Part shown: positions 26,671-40,484 of the stretch, one piece after another
Position numbering within the stretch: the first letter of the stretch is position 1
Layout: the number at the start of each line of letters is the position of its first letter
Source: Marsupella aquatica
Lineage: Eukaryota; Plantae; Marchantiophyta
DNA length: 64,000 nucleotides
NCBI GenBank assembly: GCA_973895155.1
Contig: OZ316896.1
Location: 16,221,652 to 16,285,651 of the forward strand
Direction of reading: 5' to 3'
Notes under the pieces: generated by a model
Seen by the model: only the letters and a program-made list of their open reading frames with translations
Databases searched by the model: none
Told to the model about the DNA's origin: nothing
Made by a program: the position numbers and the translations under genes

Positions 26671-27609
26671 TTGCTTGTTTGTCCAAAAAGATTCTTCCTT
26701 TCCATTTTGTTCCTGCTTTGCTATTAGTAAGTATATGGGCTTCACTTCACAGTGACCTCAATGAGATGGAAAGATCCAAAGTAGTTCCGTATGCTACTAA
26801 GCTCGCTTCAAGCTGATCTAAATAAAATCTTGAACGTCAATTTAAAGGAGTACATATGATTCCTTCTGTACCAGCAATGCCATTCCAACTTGTGTTTCAC
26901 TATCAGCAAATTGAAACTTTGATAATGCGGCAAGGAAATTTAGAACCTGATTAGTCATCAGACTCCTCGTGAGGTCAACCAAGTAGGGATGCTGAAGACA
27001 TTGCGTGGATCTCAACTCCAGCAGATTTCTCTTGTATTAAATATACAGGCAAATAATTGGGTATACTGTACAGTCGACTTCAATCGACAGAAACGGACCT
27101 GTAACCTACAATTGGCCGTTGCTGAGGGGCACACAAAACCTCCTGAGCTTCCCCCAAAAAACTTTAGGTGATGCCCAGCTGAAGAATGTCGCTCAAAACT
27201 TGAACCGGCAGCGAAGAAAAGCAACCTCTAAGGCTCGTGGCCCCCGTCCCTATATACTGACTGAACTACTGTGCTTAATTTCAATTCGGGAAAATTCTAG
27301 GTGGAGCCCTTTCTCGCCCTCCTACCTCAAGACAAATACCTGACATGTCTGCTGAAAGGCTCAAAATTTACCATGTTGCCTGTATCGACGCTAGTCAGCT
27401 CACTCGTCACCTTCCTCTTGCCAAGCAGAAGAAGAGGGGCTTTGTTGAGGGTGGTCGGGAAGTCTTAAGGTTGCCGAGGAGATCCAAGAGGCGACTTTCT
27501 CGTTCGGAAAGCGGAGAAGTTTCCAGTCCTCGGAGGATCACTAGAAACACATGAAAGAATTGAGGCAAGAAAGAGTCGTGGCCAGCGGTCGATTTGGAAC
27601 CGACAAATA

Positions 27610-29785
27610 TCATCCTGATGCAGGGGGGCTCCGATTGCTGTCTTGTATGACTGGCCACAGCTCAGGAAGACGGGGATAGTCGGAATCGTCGTAGGCATGG
27701 TTAAGCTTCAATAGTACCGGATCGTCTGCCATTGACGACGGTGCTTCCAACTCAACACCTGCTAGACAGAAACGTGTATTACACACGCCCACGAAGTCAA
27801 CCAAATAGCCAGTGATGCACGCAAAGACACAAGAGCTCAATATTACCATTACCAGTTCATGCAACTTTGACATCTATTTGGAAGGGCAGTTGTCTACATA
27901 AGATAAGTACCGCTATCCATGTCCATGTCCATTTCCATATCCATATCGTCATCGAACGGGTTGCTGCGGGGATCTGGCTTCAGGCGTCCATCCTCGTAGT
28001 AAATGGAGGAATCCACCTTCATGTAATTGCACACAGCAAGAAAGCCATTTAGTCCCCGTTAGATGTGTTCCGCTTTGTTCACAACTGCAAAGCAAACCTG
28101 TCTTCCATGTCATGCAGCAAACGAAACGCTAGCTGCCACCGCTGCATATGTTTCAGATTTTACGTGCGCTATCATAGATCCTAGTCTACTTGAATGTGCA
28201 ACCATTATATCTGCAAACGATTGTATGACGTTCCAGATACTAGACTCCGCCAATGTGCACCCGTTACACGTTAGACACTTGGGTCAGTTCCCTACCGCCG
28301 TTCTCTCGAAATGAAACTCTGCTAATACATGGCCTTCTTCCATCCTAAGATAATTCTGTCATTTATGAAAGTTCTTTGGACTTTTAGCCTTCAGTAGTCG
28401 AATGGCAACGATACAGACATGTCCATAACCATGCATAAATTGGGGGTGGGCTCCTAAACATCATGAGGTGTTAAGAAAGTCGATTCGTCTGTAAGGTGTA
28501 CTTATCATTCAACCGTCATTCTCAGGAGCTGCTTATGAAAGAACTCAACGCTGTCTCCCGTACAGTCAATCAGGCCTCAACATTGAAGAAAAAGATTCTA
28601 GACTCGTTCAAAGCATTCATTGGTTGATTCTCAATCATTCCTAAAGAACGACATGCTCTCAACAAGAATCCCAACCCCCAAGGCAGACTATAGGATCAGT
28701 GAAGATAACCTACCTCGTCTATGGTAGGTTTTGAAAATGACCGAACGCCCACTTCACGATAGTTACGCACCATAGCCACGGTTTCTTCGATCTCTGGACG
28801 ATAATCAAGAAAATCAGCGGGATTCCAACTACAGCTTAAACACATTTCGACATTGTCAGTGACGCGTAGTTCTCGTTCACAGCACTGAGGAGGAACCTCT
28901 TGGGGATCTTCGCTCGAAGTAGGGCCCGTCTACTTCTTTGGAATGACACAATTTGGAAATGGACTGTCCACATTGCAATCACTCACCTGCTTCTACTATT
29001 TTCTCCCGCAGAGCATCCATATCCTGTCCAGTGAAGTGCGTTTGCTCGATGGGAAGGTCCTCCTTGGCCCATTCCTCAGCCTGGCGCAATTGCTCGGGGG
29101 TGAGGTTGAATTTGTGTTCTGCTTTCTTTCTCTGGCTCGGCTTTACTCCTCCTCTTGCAACAGAAGGGGCAGGCTGAGCACCATTGACAATACTACGAAG
29201 AGGCAAACGGGCTGATGGCTTCTGAGCCGAAGATAGAGGCGGTCCCGCTGCTGTTCTTGGAGGCAGGTTCTCGGACCGAAACACTGAAAGCCCCGATGGC
29301 TTCGGAGAAGGCTTTGGGGTGCCAAAAGATGAACCCGACTTATTGGTATTACTGATATCCGATAGGATTTTCCTGTCACTCGGCATCGACTGCTGTTGCT
29401 TCAACCCCGCGCGGCCCGTTCCTTGGGATCCATTTCCCTGCAACTTGACTGCGAGTCACATTGACGCGTAGAACAATTCAGCATTCCCCCAAAACAAAGC
29501 CACGCAGAGCAGAAACCACGAATTGAGCTCACGCTCGGTGAGGATAAGAAGTCTAATGGTGCTCAGGCCGGCCTATTGCATATGGCTTCGCTGCTGGAAA
29601 ACAGGCAGGCTCATGATCCGAGATGGACAATGCCTCTTGGCTTTCATTTGTGCATGGCCCTCCGCCGGCAGGATGGCGATCCAAGCATTCTAAACTACTT
29701 GAAACACAAATGCAAGAATCATCTTACCAGCTGGACGAGAATTTTCATCGTTGAGAGAATTCCGGGGCCGGCTGGCCAAAGCCAT
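27610..29785 (-). CDS. DEN-box/D-box protein, PATRONUS (plant securin)-like APC/C substrate (~285 aa); 5 exons
   Basis: Exons 29785-29728, 29448-28987, 28793-28714, 28016-27911 and 27761-27610 join in frame: MALASRPRNSLNDENSRP...RKILSDISN...RLPLRSIVN...EEWAKEDLPIEQTHFTGQD, with an acidic C-terminus. The family assignment is inferred from degron architecture. Confidence 0.7.
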
Positions 29786-29952
29786 CGTCTAGATCCCTGC
29801 TCAATCAACAACAAAGAAACCGGCCCTGCTCCAACTCCCACCCACAAACCAACCGCCGCTCCTCTGGAAGTTACAGTAGAGATCCGTTCCCCTTCGCTAG
29901 AATCGGTGCGATTGATCGAAAAGAAGTGCAAGATCGTCCACGCAGAGCTGTA

Positions 29953-30025
29953 TTGAGCTGAGCTGAGCTGAGCTGAGCTGAGCTGAACTGAACTGAACTA
30001 AACTGAGAACTGAACTGAACTGAAA
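29953..30025. repeat. (CTGAG/CTGAA)n pentanucleotide microsatellite in the 5' region of the securin-like gene
   Basis: Direct inspection. Confidence 0.9.
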
Positions 30026-30620
30026 CTGCTCTGCAAGCACCAACTCGAACGCCTCAAAGGCCCCAAAGGCAGAAACGTCGACAGTGCTCAAGAAATCACC
30101 CCTCTCGTCGGATTTCGCTTCAACACGTAATCTATCCGCAACTGAACTGATCTGCAAGCACCCACTCGAACGCCGCACATCCCCAAAAACGCAGAAACGC
30201 AGAAACGTCGACAGTCTTCGAAGAAATAACCTCGCAGTTCGGATTTCGTTTCAAAGTGTAATCGTCCGCAATGTAAATCCGGGTTAGTGATCAGGTTACC
30301 GTTGGGTCAAGTTTTTCCGTCCGTGGTCCCCATTACCATAATCTCACCTCCTGACATAACGGAAAAATCTCAGGGTGGTATTTTGCATTTTGGGGCTTTA
30401 GATTGCCACGTTAGCATTTTGGCCTTCATGATATTTCATTAAAAAACAACCATATATTTATGTAGTCTGGGATCTGATCCTTTTTTCTCCTGGGGTAGTG
30501 CATATGCGGAGTGTTTGGGACAGCGGTTCCAAATTCAAAATCCAGATAAATTGAGCCTTGTAATGAAAAATGAAAATACTGAGAGAACTTTGATATATCA
30601 GTGTTTCCAACCTTAATGAA

Positions 30621-30721
30621 TAGGTAAAAACCGGGGCTAATTCCTTAATGGGAAAACAAGTTTCCTGTATATATGGTCGCCTTTATATCCCATTAAGGGA
30701 TAGCCCTGGTCCTTAACCGTA
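30621..30721. mobile_element. ~100-bp MITE-like inverted-repeat element
   Basis: accggggctaattccttaatggga (30630-30653) is the near reverse complement of tcccattaagggatagccctggt (30688-30710); the ends are TA-like. Confidence 0.55.
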
Positions 30722-32699
30722 TACGTAATGGTTGGACGGAAATTTGGGATGCATCTTGTAATGGCTGGATGGAAATGCATAATGTGCCTCTGGATTCCCG
30801 TAATGGTTGGATGGAAAAGTCAGGAAAAGTCTTTGTGTGTGGATGTTTTGCACTGGCTGGATGTCACAAATATATTTTCAATGACAAAAATATATGAAGG
30901 GCTGGATGGAAAATGGTTCTTTCATCAGAGAAAACTTCTTAGTGTTCTTGATGAATCTTGGGAGGGCAATTTCTTGTAATAACTATTTGTTGGAACACAT
31001 TGAATGCAACATGGATGCACAATTTCAAAACAAAATTTCAAAACAAAAAACACAGATCTGTGAAAATTTCCATTTATTTAGAGGTTATCCAAAAACTGAT
31101 TAAGCTAGGTACATTGTTACTGGACAATTATGTCTCACTAGAGCAAATTATGGCTCACTAGAGCATCAATATCTCAAAAAGAATTAATGTGGAGCTATAC
31201 TATTCTCTTTGTCATCCTCGGTACTGGGCTGAACAACCTTTATTGTCACACTACAATTATGGAACGAATTCCCTGTCAGATTAGTTCCTACAGTCAAATG
31301 AGACTTCGGCATCTTAGACATTTTCTGAAACAGCTCCAAATTCTTGGTCATAATTGTAATTCCTGTGAGGAAGCAAGGTTACCGGTGTGTAACCTTTTCT
31401 ACTAGGTGTCACCATTTCCATAATACTCTGCCCATAACAGGTATTACGTTTGATAATGACAGCCAATCAGTATTTCATCACTTTCTGGTCACAAGGTTAC
31501 AGACCAATAACCCAAGACCAAGCCGTCATTACCCTATAAATTAAGGGTCGTTCGATGATTTTTATTGCTCTTCCCTTATCAGAGCTTGCCACGTAGTCAA
31601 CTTTACATCTCATTATTCTAAACCATATTTTCCGATGTATTTGTATACCAAACACGCAGTCGTTCGATCTGACAGGAGGTCACGCCGCGGGTCATGCTGA
31701 TCCCTAATTCGAGTATGGACAATCAGATTCAACTCGCGCGTCATATCGATGGCTCACGACTCTTAACGCATATTTAGGGTCTCGTGGTACTCCATTAAGG
31801 AGTACCTTGAGACCATTAACATATACATAATGATGGTCTGGACACAGGGTTAATAATCTCTAATCCTATGACCAGAAAGTGAAGAAAAACTTAATGGTGG
31901 CAACTGGGAAGCTTTTCTGAGCTACGAGGGAAAACGGTTCACTCTAGAACCCCAGGCTAGGCGCTGTCCATATCGTATATCTGGGAAAAGGTTCATGAGT
32001 GTGACTTCCCTGGGCATGAGATTATGGATAATTATAGCAAAGGCCTCTTGAAATCATTATATACAGGTAACTTTGGTTCTGTGCCAAATTTACTATCCTC
32101 ACTGGAACTGCAATATTTATACCTAGCCCTAGCACCAGATGGTGCCTCCCTTCCTCCAGAGTTGGTGAGTCTGGGTGTGCACCGGCAGCCCCCACCCAAT
32201 CTTATCAAAATTGTGTGAGGACATCATAGACTGTCCAATCTCTCCAAAGATGAGATGGCAGCAGAAAGTTCACTCATTCATAGGGAACTTGCCTTTTTAC
32301 TCATCTCAACTGGTTGGGATCAGGTCTGGGAAAACCCCAAACACCAGCAGCCTCACCAGCGACCCCCAATACCGGGTTGCACTAAAGTATTTGCAATCCA
32401 TGGAAGAGGACCCCCACATTAGTGGGCACTACATAGTTGGTTATATTGGGTTGCCAAAACTAGCGGAAGTGTAGTTCACCAAAGCTCGCCGAGAAGATCA
32501 CTTGCCATGGATGTAGTCAAGGTGGTGCAGCTACATAGTCGATTATATCTGGCTCCCTTCACACCAAGATATGGATGTAGTTGAGGCATCCTCCCAAAGT
32601 TGCAAACTAGAGATGGAAAGTACTTGCACCCTTGCCTACCCTAAAGGTTGTATATTTGTTATAAAACTTGTCATCGATACTACACCTAACTCCTTGAGC

Positions 32700-33320
32700 C
32701 TACCTTGAGCTTGCATGCAGTTGATTGGTGACGGCTAAATAATCTACCCTATCCTCACATGTCATAATATAGCAGCAGATGGAGACTCCAACCTCAGGGA
32801 ATGCTGTCAATTGTTGATGCCATGATAAATGCAACATATGATACAACTGCTATCTACTTCAACATTGAGAGGGCATTGGTTCATTTTCATTGGCTGGTGG
32901 ATTCAGTAAAAATATGTACCAAAGTCAATTGGCACAGGTATATACACACCTTTATCTAATAAAGCAACAATGAAGTTAGGGTAAGGGACCACAGTCTAGA
33001 GTGCAACCTCTAGACCGTGACTCTTGCACACAGCTAATGTTGATGCATAACTGGAAATGGTGCATGATGGTACTCATCTTCTATATGTGAAGAGCAAAGC
33101 TCAGGCTTTTAGACTAGTATATATACTACTAATTGCAAACAGCATTACTGCACAGGGGCATAACCTGGGAGGGACAATGAGACAACTTTCTGCATAGGAC
33201 ACATCAATGTAACAACCAAGGTATACAACACATGTGTTTACAGGTGTGAGATGTAGAATGAACCCCAATCCACAAAGGGGATTTACTTGATGAAAGCCAC
33301 TAGCAAGTCAGTTGTCCACC
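32700..33320 (+). mobile_element. Heavily decayed non-LTR retrotransposon reverse transcriptase fragment
   Basis: Relics appear in RT order but with stops and frameshifts: gttgat..tatgataca (VD..xYDT), catcttctatatg (HLLY[ADD]) and atcaatgta..accaaggta (INVxKTKV). Confidence 0.35.
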
Positions 33321-35320
33321 TGCATCCTCTCGGCATTCACTAGATTTTACCTAAGGTAGGGGCCAGATTCTATGAAAATTTGAAGATGTTTAATTATTAG
33401 AAGCAAGTTGAGCCATGTAGCTATTTGTCTGATCCAACAGATATCAGGATATTTTAGGAAGATCCTATGGTCAAAAGATTTTAATAGGGAGAATGTAGGG
33501 CAAGTAAAGCTACCCAGTACAGCTCCTGGCTTGGGAGATCAATTGCCACAGGTTACAAGCCCTTGTCCATAAAATATTTGGGCCAGGCATAAAATACAAC
33601 CCCATGATGGCAGCCAAAAGGAGTCCCTAAATCAATATAGCCCATTGCAATGAGAGTGCTCTCATAATTGAAAAAGAGGCCTAAGCCTAAGGGTTGCTTT
33701 ACAAGGTGTTGGTGATATTGTCTTTTTTAATTTCCTCCTAAATGAAATCTAAACCATGTTATGAGTGGAACTGCAGGCTGCAGTTGGCTCTACAAGAACT
33801 CAGGCTATTGTGTAATGATTCTGCATACTGAGCAATCAGCCCAAGTAAATGCTGATGCGGAGAGCTTTTTACATTTATTGAAATTACTCGAAAGACTTTT
33901 GACCTAGAGTCTAATTTTAGGACAAGAAGTGCCCCTTCAATTTGCTTAATTAAGTCACGAGTGCTCCATGACCCATCTATCTAATCAAGCCTGATCAAAG
34001 CTATGCTAAAAGTCTCCAGTCTAGAGTGAAGCTACTGTTGGGTGGTCTTGGATAAGGGCACTGTGGTATGCACCATGTATTTAATTTAAAAAAGAAGAAG
34101 CTTCCCTTCAAGCTTGTGTCTTGTAAAGCCACCTTACTTGACACCAAACAATAGACCCCAAACTACAGACCTCAACTATAGAAAGGGAGTAACCAACTGT
34201 GATTTTTTATCAAGCAATGCAAATGGAAAAGTTTATATTAATAGGATGTCTCAAAGCTTTATAGTTACAGATGATGGAGTTTGGCCACAACTTTTTCACT
34301 AGCCTCTATATGGACTTATGGTCATGGCATATCACCATTCTTTATGGCAAAAAGTTATGGAATACAAATTTGGTAGTCCACAACTTATTTTGTCCTTAAT
34401 CTTAGTTTAAGGCTCTTTGTGATTTTTCCATTTGTATTTTTAAGGGCATTCTGAGACATAATGCCCCCATCATGATCTGGATCACCTCTTGACAAAGACT
34501 CTCCTCTACCTTTTACTAAAATTAGGAAGAAAATATTTATTGGTCCTTTAAGTGTAGTATGGCCTGTTTCTAGAACAATATGGGCAATTATAGCCCCTCA
34601 AAACTCAATCTGAAGCTTTTTTTTGGGGGGCATTATATCCTATAATCTTACTAATAAATCTTGATGAGAACCTAGAGTTGTGGTCTAAGCTTTTAGAGTG
34701 AAGCCTCTAGACTCTGACTCTAGGGCCTCACCAAAATTTATGTGGATATCCCTCTAAACACCACTTTACTGTATACTTTTTAATAAAATTATTTAAAAAA
34801 AAGGGAAATTTGTGAAACCCCACTGAAAAGGAAGAGTCAATCACAATAGTTGAACCCAAGAGATATTAATTTTTATTTTCAAGTGAGCTACCACAAAGTC
34901 ATGCCTCTCTTTAAAAGTATACTTTACTACTTTTAATAGTTGTATAATTAGTAGTTTGAATACTTACTAGTTAATAGTGTACATCAAATTTGGAGGCATG
35001 AGACCCCTTATTAGAACTCTTTCACCCTTTGGAGTCCCACAACATTCAAAGTTTGTCTCCAATCTCCATCCTTCCATTCAGGCGGGAAGCACAATGCTTA
35101 TGCTTTTGAAGAGGCGATCATTCTCCACCAAATCCAGAGTGCCCACAAACTTGCTTTCTACTGCTTCTTTCAGTCGTGCAGCTCAATTTCCAACGGTTCT
35201 CGATGTGCCACAAGGCTCTGACCATGATGGAAGCTCAATTCCAAACGCGATGCGAAAAAACGAAAAGAGCAATACTAATGAGCGTCAGACCTCATTCCAG
35301 CTCGTCCTCCTGCAACAGCT

Positions 35321-37812
35321 ATGGCGTCCACAACTCCCCTCGTGCACAGCTGCCGAGGAATTCTGGGCAAATCGCTCTGGGCCCAATTTGGGCCAAGCAG
35401 CAGCGGCAGCAGCATAGCTGTTCTTATCACGAGGAAAGGGGAGAGACAACTGGGAGAGTCTGCTCTCCTGCAGAGACGGGCATGCCGAGCTTTCTCCGGT
35501 GAAACACAAGATGGGAGCGAGGGGAGAGTCTCATTGGTGCAAGGTGCCTCTCGTGGCCTCGGTCTTGAATTTGTAAGCCACTAAACTCTTCTTCTACTTC
35601 GTCTGCTGCTTCTGCCACTTCCTCTTCCTCGCTTTGTGGGATATCTAATCAAATCATTTACTTAGATGGGGATCTGCCACGTAAGTCCGTGCAAGGGCCA
35701 AGCTAGCGACTCTAACTTCAACAGGGCAATTCTGAAGGAGAGAAAGCAATTTTGTAGCCTTGCTAGGCCTCAGGCCACTCATGGAGCGCTGTAGTGTTCC
35801 CGTTGTTCTCCTCATATGTCGTTCTATCTCTTACTTCTGGCAATCTCTGTTGGCTGCCTTGCTCCTGTTGGGGTTTCTTAGACTTTGAAGGTAATTTTTA
35901 AACCAATTCAATTTCGTCTAATACAATCAACTGGAACTTAGCATGGCGCTTCTTTGGTTTGAAACGAGTCATGGTACTCTGAGGACTTGAGATTATAAAA
36001 ACCTTGTTCTCCGCGGAATTTGCCTTCTGTCAAGCTAGCTTTACCTTGCATGCCCTCAGTCACGTCAGTCAGGTCTGCCGTGTGTTGCATTTTGAATGTT
36101 GCTATTGATGCTTTTGATTGGTGCGAAAACTTAACATCAGTTCACAGTACTGTGATGTTTAAGAAACTACTTTCTTGAACGTCCTGCAATCGTTGAATCC
36201 TGTTTCTGGAGGCCTTTTTCTACACCAACAAAACTCATGTGCTGCAATGTAAGTCAGACTTGAAATAACTGTGCTCTGATGCCCTCTCCACATGAAAATG
36301 CACAGGCGAGGCAATTGCTTGGTAGAAGTGCAGCTGGGAATGTGGTTGCCACTTGTCGAAATCCAGATTCTGCAGAGGGTTTGCAAGCTCTCAAGGAGCA
36401 ATATCCTGGGCGGCTTTCCATTTTCCCCCTCGATGTCACAGTTGAGAGTTCCATTGAAGTACGTTCTCACCGGATTTGACCTCTTGTGACACCTTCTTGC
36501 TTCCAAGTTTTCTGCAACAAACGCTGTGTGATAGAATCGGCAAATGATAGTCTAAGTCTGTGTTTTTTCAAAAGATTTTTTCCATCGTTAGAACGACCTG
36601 GTTTTTTATCTGAGTAATCAAATTGTAGTGGAGGTTTTTGGACTAGGCTGCTGCAAAGGCATTTGGAGACCTTCATGGTGGTCTTGACCTTCTTGTCAAC
36701 ACTGCTGGGATTTTACACATCCCCAGCGTTCTACAACCTGGTACTACTACTTAAGATTCTCTCAACTACTCGTAAAATGACGCGATATCTCTTCTTAAAC
36801 CAGTGGCCACCAGGTACCAGATATTTTGACTTATTGGTGATGCTAATCGAAGAGCTTGTGGATACTCTGCAGAAACTGGGCTTAGTCGCCTCAACCTTGA
36901 TTCTCTGTTGCTCACATATAAAATCAACGCAGCAGGTCCTTTGCTCGTGATGAAGGTTTGGACCTGGTTTGGACCTTCTGGTTTCTCTGTCCTTATTCCA
37001 ATTTTAGCGCAACTGTCGAAGATGGAGAGTAAACTATATAGCTTTTCTTCTATACAGTGTTATTGGAGAGTTGAAAGATTGTTCTAATGCTGTGACCATG
37101 CTACATGGGAATGAAGTGCAGCACTTCGCCAACTCGCTGAAAGCAGGCAGGGGGAAGGATACTACCAAGGCACCTGCTGTAGTTGCAAATTTGAGTGCCA
37201 GGGTGGGCTCAATTGGTGACAACAGGATTGGAGGGTGGTATTCATATCGTGCTTCTAAATCAGCTCTCAACCAATGTAAATATACCAACGCTATTGGCAT
37301 GCCTCAAAGCTCATTTTGCATCGGGACATTTTATGAGCCAGTCTGTACTTGGGATTCATCTGTCTTCGGTCTCTGATAATTTGCTTCTCGATTTTTGACC
37401 TTCGGTTAGTGCGACATGGTTCTGTCGTATGTGTGATTGTGAACCTCGATCATGGAGTATTCTTATTCTTCATTGGTAGTTCCGTCAGAGAAAGCACCTC
37501 AGCCTTTCTGCCCAAATCTTGGTAGAAATCTGAGCTCTGTTCAATCTAAAGGGATTCCTGTTGTTTGTTTATGCAGTGACGAAAACAGCGTCTGTAGAGT
37601 TCGCCCGTCAAAGAGCTTCCGTGGCATGCATTCTTCTGCATCCAGGGACTGTGGATACAGATCTATCGAAGCCCTTTCAAAGAAATGTGCCCGAGGGGAA
37701 GCTGTTCACAAAAGAGTACTCGGTGGAAAGGTTGCTGGGAGTAATTGACGGCGTTGAACTTAAAGATAACGGGAAGTTTTTTGCTTGGGATGGTCAAGAG
37801 ATTCCTTGGTAG
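35321..37812 (+). CDS. Short-chain dehydrogenase/reductase, C-factor (CsgA)-like, with N-terminal transit-like extension (~323 aa); 6 exons
   Basis: Exons 35321-35572, 36306-36458, 36647-36740, 36873-36955, 37122-37275 and 37577-37812. Motifs VQGASRGLGLEF, NLSARVGSIGDN, YSYRASKSALNQ (YxxxK), LHPGTVDTDLS and FFAWDGQEIPW. Confidence 0.93.
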
Positions 37813-40484
37813 CACGGCTAAATGCGTCACAGCATGGGAACATTGAAAGGGAGTCGTTTGATTTGACTCTTTGAATTACTGGAGTTTGATTGTTTTATTA
37901 TAAGGGGATTCAAAGCTCCTACTTTTTTTGGAAATGTGTACATTGGAGTTGAAAACTGCCAGATCAATTCGGAAGATACAAATTTAATTTAAGTTGTATT
38001 CGTTGCATTGCGTGACCTGCCGAGCATATGATTTGGTGTATGCTCCTACGATCCTCATTGTTCGTGTCCACAGAATCGTATGTTGGTGTCTCCATCATGT
38101 TCATGTGGTGAATTCGTTGTTCATATTCAGTTGTCATGACCAAATGTGACTAGTTTCTTATTTTGCTTCTCTCGAGAAGAGGAAAGCATCTCAAGTAACT
38201 CATTGCTCTCCAGGGTCTTGTTATCTCTGGTGATTGAAACACTTGCAGAATCAATATGAATATGGGAGCATCTAGATGATCACATTGCTTTGACTTGCTC
38301 ACCGTGACGTCCATGACTTATCCAATCAATCCTTCCCCGATAAGAAGACTGATTGTGGTAAAGAGCCCAGCAGTTCTCCCAGGTTTTCTGATGCCATTCA
38401 TCGAAATTGCCCCGGCTCAAAACTAGTTTTCATACGGTTTCAGCACTTACCCAAAGTCTTGCGTTCCAACAGAGCTTACGCCCGTCGTAGTGGCAAAGAC
38501 ATCCTGTCCACCATATCTAACCAACAGCAAGAAGCTATACCCAAACATCGATCCCCAACGTGCGTTCTGAAATTCTGCATGATTTGTTCCTCCTCTTGGG
38601 AGAGAAGATGGGCTTGCGGGTATCCGAGTTCTATGAAAGCTTGAAGGCCTTTCTGATGGAAACTCATTTCGCGTGAAATCTTGCCCTAACAAGCCAGCTG
38701 AAACCTGCACTACCAAACTCTTCTCCCAGGATTTGAAGATTCCCTACACCACCCGGAGTCCCGGGTGTGGCGTCACCTAGAAAGCAGTTCACAGGGATGT
38801 GGACCTGTTTTCTACCCGGTGTTGGGATAGATGAGCCGTCTCATTCCTGGATGCCTTGGTGCATCGTCAATCTTGAAATCGTTCGGTTTTAGGATGGTTG
38901 CTGGTTCTACACTTCCCCTATTGATGTGTCTTGTTGTGGATTGTGTTCGCTCATGACCCGGTTGTGGGTGTAGCCGTGTTTCTTCTTTTTGTACTCCCCT
39001 GTGAAAGAAACGTACTCCTTCCAAGACGAAAAACCAAGAAAACCAGTTCACCGCCCGTTTACCGTAGAAAAGGTGCTGATTGTTCAATATACTTCCTTTC
39101 ACACACGGCCGATCCGTCCCAAGCCCGGGGGAGCTTTGTTTCCGATGTTCGCTTCACGATGATTGTCCATCCATCCTGAGTCTTCTAACGCTTATTAACC
39201 GCCGTCTCTCGCTCCCTCTCCTTTCCTCTCCTCCTCTCGGGGAAATCTCGTTCGAGCGCTTGATGCCTGCCCCTACTCCGCTTCCTCCCACTCCTTGCTA
39301 TTGAATTCAACCTCATAATGCCCGCGTCTCCTAAATTCTTTCCCTGCTCCGATCTCGCTCCGCAACCGCCTTGTGGACTTTGCTTCGCCTTGCTGACCTT
39401 GAGAAAGGCCCCATGGCAACCGAGTAAATTTCCTTGATTGAGGAAGGATGCAAACCAATGGCTACAGAAATTGCTACGGACTGCAATGCCATACCACGCC
39501 CTCTGATCTAGCATCATGCATACGGAACCCGGCATAGGGTCTCATTCCCACCCTGCAAGTGATTCCTATAGAACCACGTTTCTTTGGGCTCGAGGGTGTT
39601 CTTGGCATGCGCGGATGTGTCGTTGGGGAATACCAGTCTCTGTTGTCTCCCTTCCACGCACATCAATTCTCCTCAGTTGCTGATTTTAGGGTTTTCAGAG
39701 GTTGATCGACCTTGTGGCCCCATTCGCATCTCCTCTCTTGTGTACCTTGTCTGACTCGTTCATACGGAAATCTATCGTCCTCCGAGCAATTCGACCCAGT
39801 GTGTGGTTCTTCAATAACTCTGAATCCTACAAAAATAACTCTGAATCCTACAAAGAATTACGCAGAGGGAATGCAGACCGGAATCTAATTGCGGAAACGG
39901 GATTGTTGCCAGAAGTTCAATTGAAGAAACAGAGGGGGTTGGGGATGGGAGGGGTGCGTAATTTAGCTAATTGAGAGCAGAACAAGAGGCAGCGGACCGT
40001 GAGATTGGAGAACATGAAATTGATTGTTGCAACGATTCCAGGCGACGGGCGTTGCCGGAATCCAAGAATATGCCGAAATTGATCTCTTTAAGAAGCATAC
40101 GAAGTGAAACGAACAACATCCAAGGAAAACGAGATAAAGACAGGACGAAGGTTAAGATTGTGCAGGCCGTCCAGACCATTGCCGCTCTACTGCGGTCGGA
40201 TCGTGAGAGCAGCCGTCGTTTCCCTCGATCGTCTGCAACGTCTAAGGCCTGGACGATGAGAAAGGGAACATAAATGTGGAAGGAGAGCGTGGAACAGTTG
40301 AGTCTGGCTGGATTGGGATTGGGATTGAAAGGAGAAGCATGGAGGCGAAGGTGCACGATGCCATAGCACGGAGGGGATGTGAAGTCGTACACGGTGGACA
40401 GCGCCATGTCCATTATAACCCTCGTATCGGATCCCAACGCCTTATTGGGGATTTGTCACCGCCTACGCAGCAGCTTGACCCACG

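Noticed and set aside
38200-39660. Possible minus-strand gene between the SDR and MOK
   Set aside because: Several ORFs of 60-116 aa, but no coherent exon chain or known motif.
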